From positions 1-55,049 of the forward strand of contig JBNJDG010000004.1 in the NCBI GenBank assembly GCA_051819665.1: DNA of 55,049 bases, in the 5' to 3' direction. Shown one piece after another: positions 18,591 to 28,130 of this stretch; within the stretch, counting starts at the first letter, position 1, and every line of letters starts with the position of its first letter. Below the pieces are notes generated by a model. That model was given only the letters and a program-made list of their open reading frames with translations, was not told where the DNA came from and made no database searches. The stretch is from Nanobdellota archaeon (GTDB taxonomy: Archaea; Nanobdellota; Nanobdellia; Woesearchaeales; CAZZGN01). Position numbers and translations under genes: made by a program.

Positions 18591-18908
18591 ATGATACACT
18601 CAACTACAGATGAGATTGCGGGTTATAAGGTCAAAGAAGTCCTCGGTGTTGTAAGAGGGAATAGTGTGAAGGCAAAATGGTTCGGTGCGGATTTTCTTTC
18701 AGGGCTTAAGAACATGGTCGGCGGAGAATTAAATCATTACCAGAAACTCTTCGGTCATGCGAGGGAGAATGCGATATCCAAAATGGATGAGGATGCTGAA
18801 AAGCTGGGTGCTGATGCAATAGTGGGGATGAAGTTCATGACTTCCCAGATAGCGCAGGGGTCAGCAGAGATACTCGTCTATGGAACAGCTGTGAAGCTTA
18901 AAAAATGA
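18591..18908 (+). CDS. YbjQ/UPF0145 family protein
   Basis: TT..I.G..V..VLGVVRG, GLKNMVGGEL..Y, AREnA..M...A..LGADAIVG, EILVYGTAV. Confidence 0.92.
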   Translation: MIHSTTDEIAGYKVKEVLGVVRGNSVKAKWFGADFLSGLKNMVGGELNHYQKLFGHARENAISKMDEDAEKLGADAIVGMKFMTSQIAQGSAEILVYGTAVKLKK

Positions 18909-19237
18909 AGATAAAAGATAAGGCCTCGGAACTGTATGAGGATGATGCCAAAGAGGCCCGGAGGGATACAGAGCCTTATGCTATGTGGTCTTTTGTCCTT
19001 TCGATAGCTCCGTTTTTCGTTTTTTTCATCCCTTTCGTTAATTTCATCATCCCTTTGCTTCCTCTTGCATCTATAGTACTTGGTATAGTTTCTCTGAACA
19101 GGGACTTCAGTGAATTCAGCGGCAGAGGTTTTTCTATTGCAGGTATAATCATATCTTCAATTGAGATTATTTTGGCTGTCCTCATTCTTATAGTGCTGGG
19201 TCATCCTCCAATATATTTATTAAACAGTTTTGTTTAA
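18905..19237 (+). CDS. DUF4190-like small membrane protein
   Basis: A..SFVLSI...SIVLGIVSL....GRGFSIAGIIIS. Confidence 0.75.
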   Translation: MKIKDKASELYEDDAKEARRDTEPYAMWSFVLSIAPFFVFFIPFVNFIIPLLPLASIVLGIVSLNRDFSEFSGRGFSIAGIIISSIEIILAVLILIVLGHPPIYLLNSFV

Positions 19238-19245
19238 CAATATTT

Positions 19246-19977
19246 ATGGCCTATTCACTTGTACTCGGAGGCGGGGGTGCCAGAGGAGTTTATCACATAG
19301 GTCTCCTAAAGGCATTACAGGAGAAGAATATAAAGATAAAAGAGATCTCTGGTACGTCCATAGGGGCGATTCTTGGTCTCCTTTATGCTTCTGATCCTGA
19401 TTTCGATTTTGATAAGGTATTCAATGATTTTGATTTCATGAAATTCATCCGGTTCACTTATTCTCTCTCAGGTTTCCTCTCTCCCGAGAAGATTGAGAAT
19501 TTCCTGAAAAGGCATGTTCCACAGAGGGATTTTTCAGAACTGAAGATAAAACTGAGCTTTAATGCTGTCGATATAAATACCGGTGAAGAGGTTGTTTTCA
19601 GCGAAGGGAAGATATTCCCTGCAGTCATAGCGAGCATGGCAGTTCCAGGAGTGTTCCCTTTGGTGAACATGGAGGACAGGTTACTCTGTGATGCGGGAGT
19701 GATCAACAGTCTTCCAGTCTCACTGATAAAGAGCAGGAACAAGAAGATAATCTCCGATATAAGACCTCCACTGAAGAAGATAACAAAGAATTCTTCCAGA
19801 TATGATATCCTGTCCAATTATCTTGTCATCCCTCAGATGTCTACCAAGATAGAAGAGGATTCCCTTTATATGAGGTATAAAGGAGACCTTGGGATGTTCG
19901 ATTTCAGGAAACAGAAACTTCTTCCGCTTCTTGATGAGGGTTATCGAGAAGCAACGACTTTATTGTCCGGTAAGTGA
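19246..19977 (+). CDS. Patatin-like phospholipase
   Basis: GGGGARG, GTSIG, ASMAVPG, DAG. Confidence 0.92.
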   Translation: MAYSLVLGGGGARGVYHIGLLKALQEKNIKIKEISGTSIGAILGLLYASDPDFDFDKVFNDFDFMKFIRFTYSLSGFLSPEKIENFLKRHVPQRDFSELKIKLSFNAVDINTGEEVVFSEGKIFPAVIASMAVPGVFPLVNMEDRLLCDAGVINSLPVSLIKSRNKKIISDIRPPLKKITKNSSRYDILSNYLVIPQMSTKIEEDSLYMRYKGDLGMFDFRKQKLLPLLDEGYREATTLLSGK

Positions 19978-22060
19978 CAGGGTATTCCCGCGGATCCAGC
20001 ATCCTTGTATGAAGGTCGCTGTTCAGTGTGTCAGTGCATTTACCCTTGATCTGGAAATTCTCAGCATATTCAAGAGGAACGTTATCTGCGAGCACGATCC
20101 CATCTCCTTTTCCTTTATTCATATCACATCCAATTCCCCTTATGGTATAAATCTCTGTATCTGTAGGTATGAAATTGTCTAGTTTCCTGAGGAATACGCT
20201 CCCCTTTTTCATATCATTGCATTCCCTCGAAGCGCCGGTCACGGAACATAGTCTCTTGACCCTTCCTTCTATGCCTCGATTGGGTGTCCCTACAAGTATT
20301 AGCTTATTGACCCTTTTCTCACCGAAAAGGGAGAGATATTTCCTGGATACGAGACCACCCATAGAATGGGCAACTATATCAATCTCTTCTGCTCCTGTCC
20401 TGTGCCTGACTATCTCGATGAGATCCTTCAGGCGGATAGCATAGTTCTCTATGCTGTCGCTTTTCTGTGTGACTATCTTGTAATTTCCTATGTCGTAATA
20501 TGCCAGTTGGTAATAACTCCCTCTCACTGCTACCCTGGCGTTCATCTTTCCCCATTCATTATAAGGGAGATCCCTGATCATATGTTCTCCTCCTATCTGT
20601 CCTGCATTTATGTATCCTTCTTCCTCCAGATTTTTTTGTATCTTTGAGAATGCTTCGTGGGACATTTCTGGCCTGTTCTTCTCGCTTATTGCATGTCCGT
20701 GGATGAAAAGTACCGGTCTGTTCCCTGTCCTGCTGCATGCTTCACATTCGGAATAGATACAGCATTCGTTGGTGACCTTTGGAATGCTTATGTTCTCAGG
20801 TTCTGATTCAGGTATATCTATCTTTTCAGGGATGGAGAAATTGAAGCTTATGAAAGTGTCTTTGTCCATGCAGAACTTTGGCTTTTCGGTCTCTATATAT
20901 GATCTATTCAGAAGACTCTCGTTTTCCAGCATCATGCTTTCGTTAACGGTAAGGTTATCTTTTCTTGCTTTTTTCATGATTATTCTTGAGATGCTCTGAT
21001 TGCTCTCGTTCCTGGGTGGATTATTTTTATCTGTGAAATTGTTCACTCTTTCGAGAGTCCTGCAGTCTTCTCCTTCGAAAGAGATATTCCTTCCGGCAAT
21101 ATCATTAGCTCTGATAAGTGTGTTTATGGTTGAATTAAGTTTATTTTTTTCCCTTTCCAGATCTTTTGTGTAATTATCCATGATACTTTCTGCATCGATT
21201 GTGAAGTTGCTGTATTCATAATTCTCGAGAAGCTGTATCTCACTGAAAAGATTGTTCCTGAAATCGTATACTTCCCTGACTTTTGGTGAGCTCATCCTGT
21301 TATAGAACTCATAGACGGGCTTAAGTTCCGGCAGTTCTTTTATCTTCTTTATCTTCTCGTTGATCCTCTTCGCTTTCTCCTTCACTTCTTCATTCTTCTC
21401 CCTATACTGGCCTAATTCAAGTGTACTGAAATTTTCCTGTAATCGTTTGTGTTCCTGATCCTGCCAGAGTTCAAGTATGGTTCTTACATTGCTGTTTATG
21501 GTGATTTTCTTTGTGAAAGGGAATCTGTTGATCTCTTCTGCAAGGGCTCTTGCCCTGCTTAAATTATAAGTATATTCAGTAAGCCTTTCTTTTAGTTCTT
21601 TTTTCAGTTCTCTTTGTTCGCTGGAGAGATTGTGGTTGAGTGTGATAAGCGAGGTTTTGTAGTATTTTTTCTTGTGGCCGGAACAGAGCCTGCTCTTTAT
21701 ATTACTGCACTCGATATTGAGATTGTACATCACCTGGCCTTCTCCTCTGGCCGGAGCTGTGAATTCATGCCTGAATTTTTTCTGTCCGTAGAATTCACCC
21801 TCTTTCAGGATTGATTCATGGCTTATGTCCTTAAGCTCATAGCTGCACTTGGCCTTGCAGACAGCCGGACTTTTTGTCTCTATGCTGAAGTTTATATCTT
21901 TGCTTCCTCCGTTCTGGAGCTCCATGGATACTGTTGTGGGTGTCATGTCAAGGTCCATCTGTTCAGAGAGTATAAACTGGACCTTTAGGCCTACAACATA
22001 GATTATGATCATCAGGGCTATCAATGAGATGGCGAGGATGACCAATGTTTTTTTCCTCAT
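19904..22060 (-). CDS. Membrane-anchored protein with a long stalk and a C-terminal alpha/beta-hydrolase (lipase/esterase) domain
   Basis: N-terminal TM; PVLFIHGH, IVAHSMGG, LVGTPNRG, GDGIV, LH. Confidence 0.85.
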   Translation of the reverse strand: MRKKTLVILAISLIALMIIIYVVGLKVQFILSEQMDLDMTPTTVSMELQNGGSKDINFSIETKSPAVCKAKCSYELKDISHESILKEGEFYGQKKFRHEFTAPARGEGQVMYNLNIECSNIKSRLCSGHKKKYYKTSLITLNHNLSSEQRELKKELKERLTEYTYNLSRARALAEEINRFPFTKKITINSNVRTILELWQDQEHKRLQENFSTLELGQYREKNEEVKEKAKRINEKIKKIKELPELKPVYEFYNRMSSPKVREVYDFRNNLFSEIQLLENYEYSNFTIDAESIMDNYTKDLEREKNKLNSTINTLIRANDIAGRNISFEGEDCRTLERVNNFTDKNNPPRNESNQSISRIIMKKARKDNLTVNESMMLENESLLNRSYIETEKPKFCMDKDTFISFNFSIPEKIDIPESEPENISIPKVTNECCIYSECEACSRTGNRPVLFIHGHAISEKNRPEMSHEAFSKIQKNLEEEGYINAGQIGGEHMIRDLPYNEWGKMNARVAVRGSYYQLAYYDIGNYKIVTQKSDSIENYAIRLKDLIEIVRHRTGAEEIDIVAHSMGGLVSRKYLSLFGEKRVNKLILVGTPNRGIEGRVKRLCSVTGASRECNDMKKGSVFLRKLDNFIPTDTEIYTIRGIGCDMNKGKGDGIVLADNVPLEYAENFQIKGKCTDTLNSDLHTRMLDPREYPVTYRTIKSLLLDNPHQEAEEVSVS

Positions 22061-22075
22061 ACAGATAAAGAGGTC

Positions 22076-23047
22076 TTATTTGTTTAAAACTTTTTCGAAG
22101 AAATCCTTGAAATCTATCTGGGCTTTATCTTTCATATCCTTTCTGGCGAGAAGAACGACCCTTGAAGGCTCATGTTCGTCTATTACCTGGTAATCCTTGA
22201 GGACCTTCTCCAGCTTTTCGGAGTATTCCCTTATCTCGTGATGCCTCGGCATGTTCTTTATGGAAAGCCTCTGTCTGGAAGATCCCACGAACATATAGGC
22301 CTTCACTTCTATAAAGTCAGGTCTTGCTTTATCTATTATATGCTTGTACCTTTCAGGTTCGACCATGTTCATCTCCTTGATCATGGTCATCCTCATGCAT
22401 GTCCTGTAGTCTTTCTCTCTTATTATGTCGAGGCTCTCCTGCTGCCTTTCCCAGGAATTTTCGAATAGAGGCCTTCCTATATCTTTCGCTAACTCCTTGT
22501 CCGGCGCATCCACACTTATGTATAGCTGGGTTACATCCTCTATCTCTTCAAGCTTTTCCGGGAAAGTCCCATTAGTTACAAGGAAGGTGGATATCTTCCT
22601 TTCATGGAACTTTCTCAGGATCTCGTTTATCTTCGGATAGGTTATGGCCTCGCCTGTCAGTGAGAGAGCAACATGAGCCGGTTCCTCGCTCTCTTTCAGG
22701 AGTCTCTTATCAGCTTTATCATTGCCCCAGAAACCGTTGAGGAGTTTTTTCTGTTTCCTGATGGATTCATCAATTATGAAGTCAGGATCATCCACGTCCC
22801 ATTTCCATTCCTTTGATACAGGTGCTTTGTAATCCCTCCAGCAGTATATACATCTATTGGCACAGCTTAAGGAGGTTGTCATCTGGAGGCATCGGTTGCT
22901 CTTTATCCCGTAGAACTTATGCTTGTAACAGCTCCCTTCCCCTCTTATCATCTTCTTGCTCCATCCGCATACCTTTACAGCGCTATGATTTCCGACAACA
23001 CCGTAATGCTGTTTCTCAAGGGATTTTTTGCCTTCTTCTGTGATCAT
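22076..23047 (-). CDS. taw1: 4-demethylwyosine synthase TYW1/Taw1 (radical SAM)
   Basis: HSAVKVCGW, CYKHKFYGIKSNRCLQMT, CANRCIYCWR, HVALSLTGE, FIEVKAYM. Confidence 0.95.
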   Translation of the reverse strand: MITEEGKKSLEKQHYGVVGNHSAVKVCGWSKKMIRGEGSCYKHKFYGIKSNRCLQMTTSLSCANRCIYCWRDYKAPVSKEWKWDVDDPDFIIDESIRKQKKLLNGFWGNDKADKRLLKESEEPAHVALSLTGEAITYPKINEILRKFHERKISTFLVTNGTFPEKLEEIEDVTQLYISVDAPDKELAKDIGRPLFENSWERQQESLDIIREKDYRTCMRMTMIKEMNMVEPERYKHIIDKARPDFIEVKAYMFVGSSRQRLSIKNMPRHHEIREYSEKLEKVLKDYQVIDEHEPSRVVLLARKDMKDKAQIDFKDFFEKVLNK

Positions 23048-23140
23048 ATGTCTCTAGTATTCTGTTATTATTTTTATTTCTTTGCACTTTGCATTGTGGG
23101 TATAGAAATAATTAAAAACTTCAAAAACGATCTTGGTATT

Positions 23141-23698
23141 ATGGATATGATAAGTTCTTTGTCACAACTGGAAAATGTGCTGTCTGAACAGAGAGGGTTG
23201 ATATTTGAGAAGAAACCGGGAGACTATATCCTTGCTTATTACGATGGATCAAATGATTGTGTTAATAAATATCTCATCAGGGATCCCTGCTTGAAATCTT
23301 CATACGAAAATAAAACTGTTGATAAGGTGAGAGGGGAGATATTTTCGGGGGGTTCTATAGACTTTATATTTGAACCACAGTACTTTAAGAGAGCTGCATG
23401 GAGGTCGAAACAGGAGACTGAGATGAAAAATCTTGAAAGTTTTTCAGATGTCTACTCAAGATGGATGAGTAAGGTGAGGGGCATTGATTTAGAGGGGTAC
23501 TATGATCCTTATCGTGGCAGGATATTGCTTATGGGTATAGAGAAGGGGGAGAGAGAAATGAATTACATATTGAAGTTCGATAATAGGTGGAATAATACTA
23601 TGGCTCCTGGTCTTATAGAAGTTTCGGCAAGACACTCGAAAAGGGCAGCAGAGATAAATTCAAGGATTGCTACAACTGATCCTTCTATCTACTTCTGA
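23141..23698 (+). CDS. Hypothetical protein
   Basis: Long ORF in an otherwise empty interval; start moved to the ATG outside taw1. Confidence 0.6.
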   Translation: MDMISSLSQLENVLSEQRGLIFEKKPGDYILAYYDGSNDCVNKYLIRDPCLKSSYENKTVDKVRGEIFSGGSIDFIFEPQYFKRAAWRSKQETEMKNLESFSDVYSRWMSKVRGIDLEGYYDPYRGRILLMGIEKGEREMNYILKFDNRWNNTMAPGLIEVSARHSKRAAEINSRIATTDPSIYF

Positions 23699-23749
23699 AT
23701 ATATGGACAGTGAACCACAATATTTATAAATGAAATCTCCTTCCTCGCG

Positions 23750-23831
23750 CCTATCGATAGGTAAACCGGTCCTGAATGGGCTTGTTTATACTGGAGACTC
23801 GTTCTGAGTTTCCTTATAGGAGGTATTTTAT
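23750..23831 (+). promoter_or_regulatory. Structured 5' leader of rps15 (candidate autoregulatory ribosomal leader); TATA at 23722-23730
   Basis: Three complementary pairings that form a three-way junction and overlap the GGAGGT SD. Confidence 0.55.
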
Positions 23832-24287
23832 ATGGCAAAAAGATTTTCAAGAAGCAGAGGTAAATCAGGTTCGAGCAAGGTGCTTGATGGGAAGAAACCA
23901 GTATGGATGACGCATAAACCGAAAGAAGCAGAGATGCTCGTAGTCAAGCTTGCAAAGGAAGGTTATTCCTCATCTGGGATAGGCATAACCCTGAGAGATA
24001 AGTACGGTATCCCTTCAATAAAAGCCATAACAGGCAAATCGATAACTAAGATCATGGAGGATAAGGAGGTAGTCCCTAAACTTCCTGAGGATCTGATGAA
24101 TCTCATGAGGAAAGCATTGTCCATAAGGGATCACCTTGAAGAGAACCATACCGATATGACAGCCAAGAGAGGTCTTGAGCTCACTGAAGCTAAGATCAGG
24201 AGGCTTGTCGGTTATTACAAGGAAGAGGGAAAAATATCCAAAGACTGGAAGTATAATCCGAAGGATGCCAGGCTTTATGTAGAATAA
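23832..24287 (+). CDS. rps15: 30S ribosomal protein uS15 (archaeal S15P/S13e)
   Basis: RGKSGS..P.W, IG..LRD.YGIP, PEDL.NL..KA..IR.HLE.N..D..AKRGL.LTEAKIRRL..YYK, WKY.P. Confidence 0.97.
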   Translation: MAKRFSRSRGKSGSSKVLDGKKPVWMTHKPKEAEMLVVKLAKEGYSSSGIGITLRDKYGIPSIKAITGKSITKIMEDKEVVPKLPEDLMNLMRKALSIRDHLEENHTDMTAKRGLELTEAKIRRLVGYYKEEGKISKDWKYNPKDARLYVE

Positions 24288-24289
24288 AC

Positions 24290-25654
24290 ATGGATGATAT
24301 ATTCGGCAGTTATCTTGATAAGGCAGCCGCGAAGTTCAGGCAGAATAAAGGTCCTGTCAGGGTAGTTTCCCATTTTGACAGTGACGGGATAGCTGCTGCT
24401 TCCATCCTGATCCATGCCTTGAACAGGCTTGGTTATACTTATTCTTTGACTTTCGTGAAAAGCCTCGATAGGAAGACGATAGATCTCCTTTCAAAGGAAG
24501 ATAATGAATTCTTTGTTTTCACTGACCTGGGAAGCGGTCAGACTGGAGAACTGAACGAGAAGATGACCGGGAAGAATGTCTTCATACTTGATCATCATAT
24601 CCCAGGTGAGACAGTGTCTGATTTCATTCATATCAATCCTGTTCTTTTCGGCTTTGACGGAACAAAGGAACTTTCCGGTGCCGGCGTAGTCTATTTCTTC
24701 TGCAAATATCTGCTCGGTTCGGGCAGGCCTCTTCCCCATATAGCCTTTATTGGTCTGATTGGTGACAGGCAGGATAAGGGCGGAGTGAAGTCCTATAATA
24801 AACAGATACTTGATGAAGCAGTGGAAGAAGGAGAGATAGAGGTAGAGAAGGGCGTGAGGTTCTTCGGAAGACAGACACGACCTCTTTACAGATTATTGAG
24901 AGACTCGACTAATCCTTACATACCCGGGGTCACTGGCTCAGAACAAGGCACAAAGAAATTTCTTGACGAGCTAGGGATAGATATGAAGAGCTCAGGCTCT
25001 TACAGGAAAATAACAGATCTTGATAAGAGCGAGACGAAAAAGCTTATCAGTGGAATAATAAAGAGAAGGAAGGATGAGAAGAATCCTAAAGACATCTTTG
25101 GTAATATATATACTCTGGTGAACCAGAAAAGGGAGAGCCCTTACAGGGATGCAAAGGAATTTTCCACGCTGCTTAATGCATGCGGAAGGATGGGTAAGGC
25201 CTCTGTCGGTATGTTCGCATGTCTCGGTGATAGGAAGAGCAGGGAGAGAGGGGTTGAGATACTCAAGGATTACAAGAAAGAGATCCTCAGGACTTTGAAA
25301 TGGTATGAGGGTAATAAGGAGAATGTATATAGGGGCAGGAATTATGTGATCGTTGATGGGAAGACATCTGTGATGCCTGAACTTGCCGGTACTTTCGCTT
25401 CGATAATATCTTATTCTAGAGAGAACAGTGATTATATAATGACCCTGGCCCAGAATGTGGACGGCACAACGAAGGTCTCTTTCAGATATGCCGGCAGAAA
25501 AAAGGATATAGATATAAGGGGTATCCTTAAAGAGTCAACTGAAGGACTGGATGCTGAAACAGGCGGTCATGATAAGGCTGCTGGCGCAATCATAAAGACA
25601 GATAATGAAAAAGAATTCATCGAAAGGGTAAAAAAGAAACTTGAAAGGCTCTAA
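24290..25654 (+). CDS. DHH-family phosphoesterase, RecJ/Cdc45-like
   Basis: SHFDSDG, FTDLGSG, LDHH, INP, EFSTLLNACGR, GGHDKAAGA; typical archaeal position after rps15. Confidence 0.92.
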   Translation: MDDIFGSYLDKAAAKFRQNKGPVRVVSHFDSDGIAAASILIHALNRLGYTYSLTFVKSLDRKTIDLLSKEDNEFFVFTDLGSGQTGELNEKMTGKNVFILDHHIPGETVSDFIHINPVLFGFDGTKELSGAGVVYFFCKYLLGSGRPLPHIAFIGLIGDRQDKGGVKSYNKQILDEAVEEGEIEVEKGVRFFGRQTRPLYRLLRDSTNPYIPGVTGSEQGTKKFLDELGIDMKSSGSYRKITDLDKSETKKLISGIIKRRKDEKNPKDIFGNIYTLVNQKRESPYRDAKEFSTLLNACGRMGKASVGMFACLGDRKSRERGVEILKDYKKEILRTLKWYEGNKENVYRGRNYVIVDGKTSVMPELAGTFASIISYSRENSDYIMTLAQNVDGTTKVSFRYAGRKKDIDIRGILKESTEGLDAETGGHDKAAGAIIKTDNEKEFIERVKKKLERL

Positions 25655-25935
25655 AGCGCGTTATTGATCCTGTCTATATAATCTGCCACTTCTGATCCTT
25701 TCTTAGTGAGAGTGAGAACTTTCAGCCTTCCTCTCTTCTCGAAATTGATCAGGTTCTCATTCTCCATATGCTGGAGGATCTTGACTACATGTGAATATGT
25801 GCAGTCTATCTGCTTCGCAAGGGAGGAAGCATATATCTCTGACTCCGAGTTGTATAATGTCGCTAGCATCATTGCGGGCTTTTCTCTGAACAAAACTTTG
25901 AACATATCTTTCGTATTCATCAATGACTCCCCCAT
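25651..25935 (-). CDS. Winged-helix DNA-binding protein
   Basis: YASSLAKQIDCTYSHVVKIL...GRLKVLTLTKKG. Confidence 0.85.
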   Translation of the reverse strand: MGESLMNTKDMFKVLFREKPAMMLATLYNSESEIYASSLAKQIDCTYSHVVKILQHMENENLINFEKRGRLKVLTLTKKGSEVADYIDRINNAL

Positions 25936-26108
25936 TCTATGATATATATTTAATAAAATAGATTATTTAATGTGTATTTAATTAATATTGTATTCTAAAC
26001 TCATATATAAAGCTTATGTTTTTGGTGATTTTTCTTGTTTTCTTATCACGTTGTTAACAGTAATCTTTAAATATATCTTTGATTCAATAACTCTACAGGC
26101 GTATAGTA

Positions 26109-26801
26109 ATGAACGACATTCCGAGAAGGACGACGCTGAAAGAGATCATTGAAGGAAAGGCGCCGGAATCACAGAATCTGGAAATATGGCTGGGGAAGGA
26201 AGATCTCCGTCTGGAGAGTTTCCACAAGGGCCATTCTTTATCTCATGGTATGAGGCCTTATTGGGAGGCCAAGACAAAATATGGTTCTAAGGTCCGTTTT
26301 CTGAATGGGGTAAAAGGATATGATTTTGAGACTTTGTACAGAAAGACGATCTCTGCGATAAAGAAAGGAGAACCGGTGATCCTTCAGGGAAGTTATGATG
26401 GAGAGACTTTCAAGGCAGACAGACTCAAAGTGAACGGTACTCAGACAAAGAATTTTGATTATACTAATCTGGAGAGGGACCTCGAGAGAAAATGTTATGA
26501 GGATCCTAAAAATGCTGCAGACTCTTCATTGGATCTGCCTGAGTCTAGTAGAGAGCATATAATAGAATATGTTACTGCTGGATTGGAACTTGATCCTTCG
26601 CGTGTAGGTAAGACTGATAGGAATTATTTTACAGAAGCTCCTTCCGGGCAGAATTATCTTTTGAACGGAAAGTTTAGTGATAGTCTGGAGGCAATAGGTA
26701 GAAATGCAGAGAAGTTCCTTGAAGAATATAGGACAGATTGTATAAATAATCTTGGAAGGATTATAGAGACATATGAGAAAGCCCAGGGCAAGAGTAACTG
26801 A
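26109..26801 (+). CDS. Hypothetical protein
   Basis: 230-aa ORF with TATA upstream; no family recognised. Confidence 0.65.
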   Translation: MNDIPRRTTLKEIIEGKAPESQNLEIWLGKEDLRLESFHKGHSLSHGMRPYWEAKTKYGSKVRFLNGVKGYDFETLYRKTISAIKKGEPVILQGSYDGETFKADRLKVNGTQTKNFDYTNLERDLERKCYEDPKNAADSSLDLPESSREHIIEYVTAGLELDPSRVGKTDRNYFTEAPSGQNYLLNGKFSDSLEAIGRNAEKFLEEYRTDCINNLGRIIETYEKAQGKSN

Positions 26802-26864
26802 TGAAGATTTGTTTGTTTTTTTCTTGAATTTTATGGCTGAAGTTTCATTTAAAGAGTTGGCAAT

Positions 26865-27164
26865 ATGGATATATCGGATAAAGTGAAGGACATTGGAAGA
26901 GAAAAGAAAAATAGAAATGCTAAAAAATTAGCCCAGATATTGGTTACAACAGCTGTTACTGGTGTTTTTCTCTGGAATGTTACAGGAGACCATTATATTA
27001 AGTCTAAGGGCCTTAAGTTTGATTATGAGCAGGATACGGTAAATGTCGAGAATAAAGCCGGATATTCAAACACTCATCCTGTTGATGAAAAAAAGGATAC
27101 AGTCCCTTATAGGACCAAAGGGATAGATTATAATCTCATTAACAGTTATCTTAAGGAAAAATAA
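26865..27164 (+). CDS. Hypothetical protein with one hydrophobic segment
   Basis: 99-aa ORF filling the gap before tRNA-Phe. Confidence 0.55.
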   Translation: MDISDKVKDIGREKKNRNAKKLAQILVTTAVTGVFLWNVTGDHYIKSKGLKFDYEQDTVNVENKAGYSNTHPVDEKKDTVPYRTKGIDYNLINSYLKEK

Positions 27165-27188
27165 GGAGTTACAGAATTCATAAAAAGG

Positions 27189-27262
27189 TGGGGTCGCTGG
27201 GATTTGAACCCAGGACTCCTACGTCTTCAGCGTAGTGCTCTCCCAGTCTGAGCTACGACCCC
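27189..27262 (-). tRNA. tRNA-Phe (GAA)
   Basis: GGGGTCG/CGACCCC acceptor, CTACG-CTGAAGA-CGTAG anticodon arm with G37, T-loop TTCAAAT; no intron; CCA not fully encoded. Confidence 0.96.
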
Positions 27263-27303
27263 GTGAGAATCGATAAGGGGACTGGAAAAACCGATCCTTT
27301 AAA

Positions 27304-27720
27304 TTATTTTCGTTCTTCAAGATCGTCTATAGAAACAATATCGTCCTCTTCGAGGTCTTCGACCTTCTCCAGTTCATTGAGCTCTTTGTCTTCTTTCTTG
27401 AGCTCTTCCATGCCTCTCTCGACCTCATCTTCCTCTCCGAGTTTCTCGATCATGCCGAATTTACCGCTCGTGATCTCTTTCTCTCCCTTGAACTCGTTGA
27501 CGTATCCTTTCTTGATATGAAGTCTGTCTCCCTTGTTGATCCTCTTAGTATCATGATCCCAGAGGGTTAGGTTTATCCTCCCCGAGTCATCATTTATGAG
27601 AGCTTTACAGACTTTCCCTTTCTTGCCGTATTTCTCGAATTCCTTGACTTCTCCCTTGTCCTCTACATTCACGATAAGGTCGACATCCTTCTGTTTCGGC
27701 TGAAGATCGGCGATTTTCAT
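27304..27720 (-). CDS. Single OB-fold ssDNA-binding protein (RPA/SSB-like) with acidic tail
   Basis: KIADL, GKV....I.DDSGRI.LTLWD, I.KGYVNEFKG..EI..GKFG. Confidence 0.9.
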   Translation of the reverse strand: MKIADLQPKQKDVDLIVNVEDKGEVKEFEKYGKKGKVCKALINDDSGRINLTLWDHDTKRINKGDRLHIKKGYVNEFKGEKEITSGKFGMIEKLGEEDEVERGMEELKKEDKELNELEKVEDLEEDDIVSIDDLEERK

Positions 27721-27816
27721 TTTCGTAAGAAGGAATCAGATAATTGTATATTTAAAAGTTGTGGAAAAAAGGGTTGTTTGAAGAAGAAAAGTATTCAGAG
27801 AAAGAACAGTATAAAC

Positions 27817-28086
27817 TCATTTCTTCGCTTTCTTCTTCCGGCTCTTTCTCTTCACTTTTTTCTCCAGCTCCGATTCCTTGCTCTCTTCAGCCATCATAAG
27901 ATGGTGGAGGGTATAGAAAAGAACTCCCCCGCCGAGGATGATGAAGATGTACCAGACAGGCTGGGCTATCCAGACATAGCTGGAGATTATGAGCCCTATG
28001 CCTATGCCTATGAAAATCTTGGATGTAAGCAGAAGAAGGAAATGAAGCAAAGAAATCTCTTTTTTTATTATCTTCTTCTTTAGCAT
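27817..28086 (-). CDS. Small membrane protein with basic tail
   Basis: Two TM segments; TATA-like sequence upstream. Confidence 0.65.
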   Translation of the reverse strand: MLKKKIIKKEISLLHFLLLLTSKIFIGIGIGLIISSYVWIAQPVWYIFIILGGGVLFYTLHHLMMAEESKESELEKKVKRKSRKKKAKK

Positions 28087-28130
28087 AAGCTATAATTCCG
28101 GACAGGTTTTAATAAAATTTTTGGTAAGAT

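Noticed and set aside
25947-25982. Three TATTTAAT copies upstream of the wHTH gene as an operator array
   Set aside because: Irregular spacing in a very AT-rich promoter region; cannot be distinguished from chance.
22076-27262. Functional clustering of taw1 with its substrate tRNA-Phe (G37)
   Set aside because: They are 4 kb apart with unrelated genes between; proximity is plausible by chance in a small genome.
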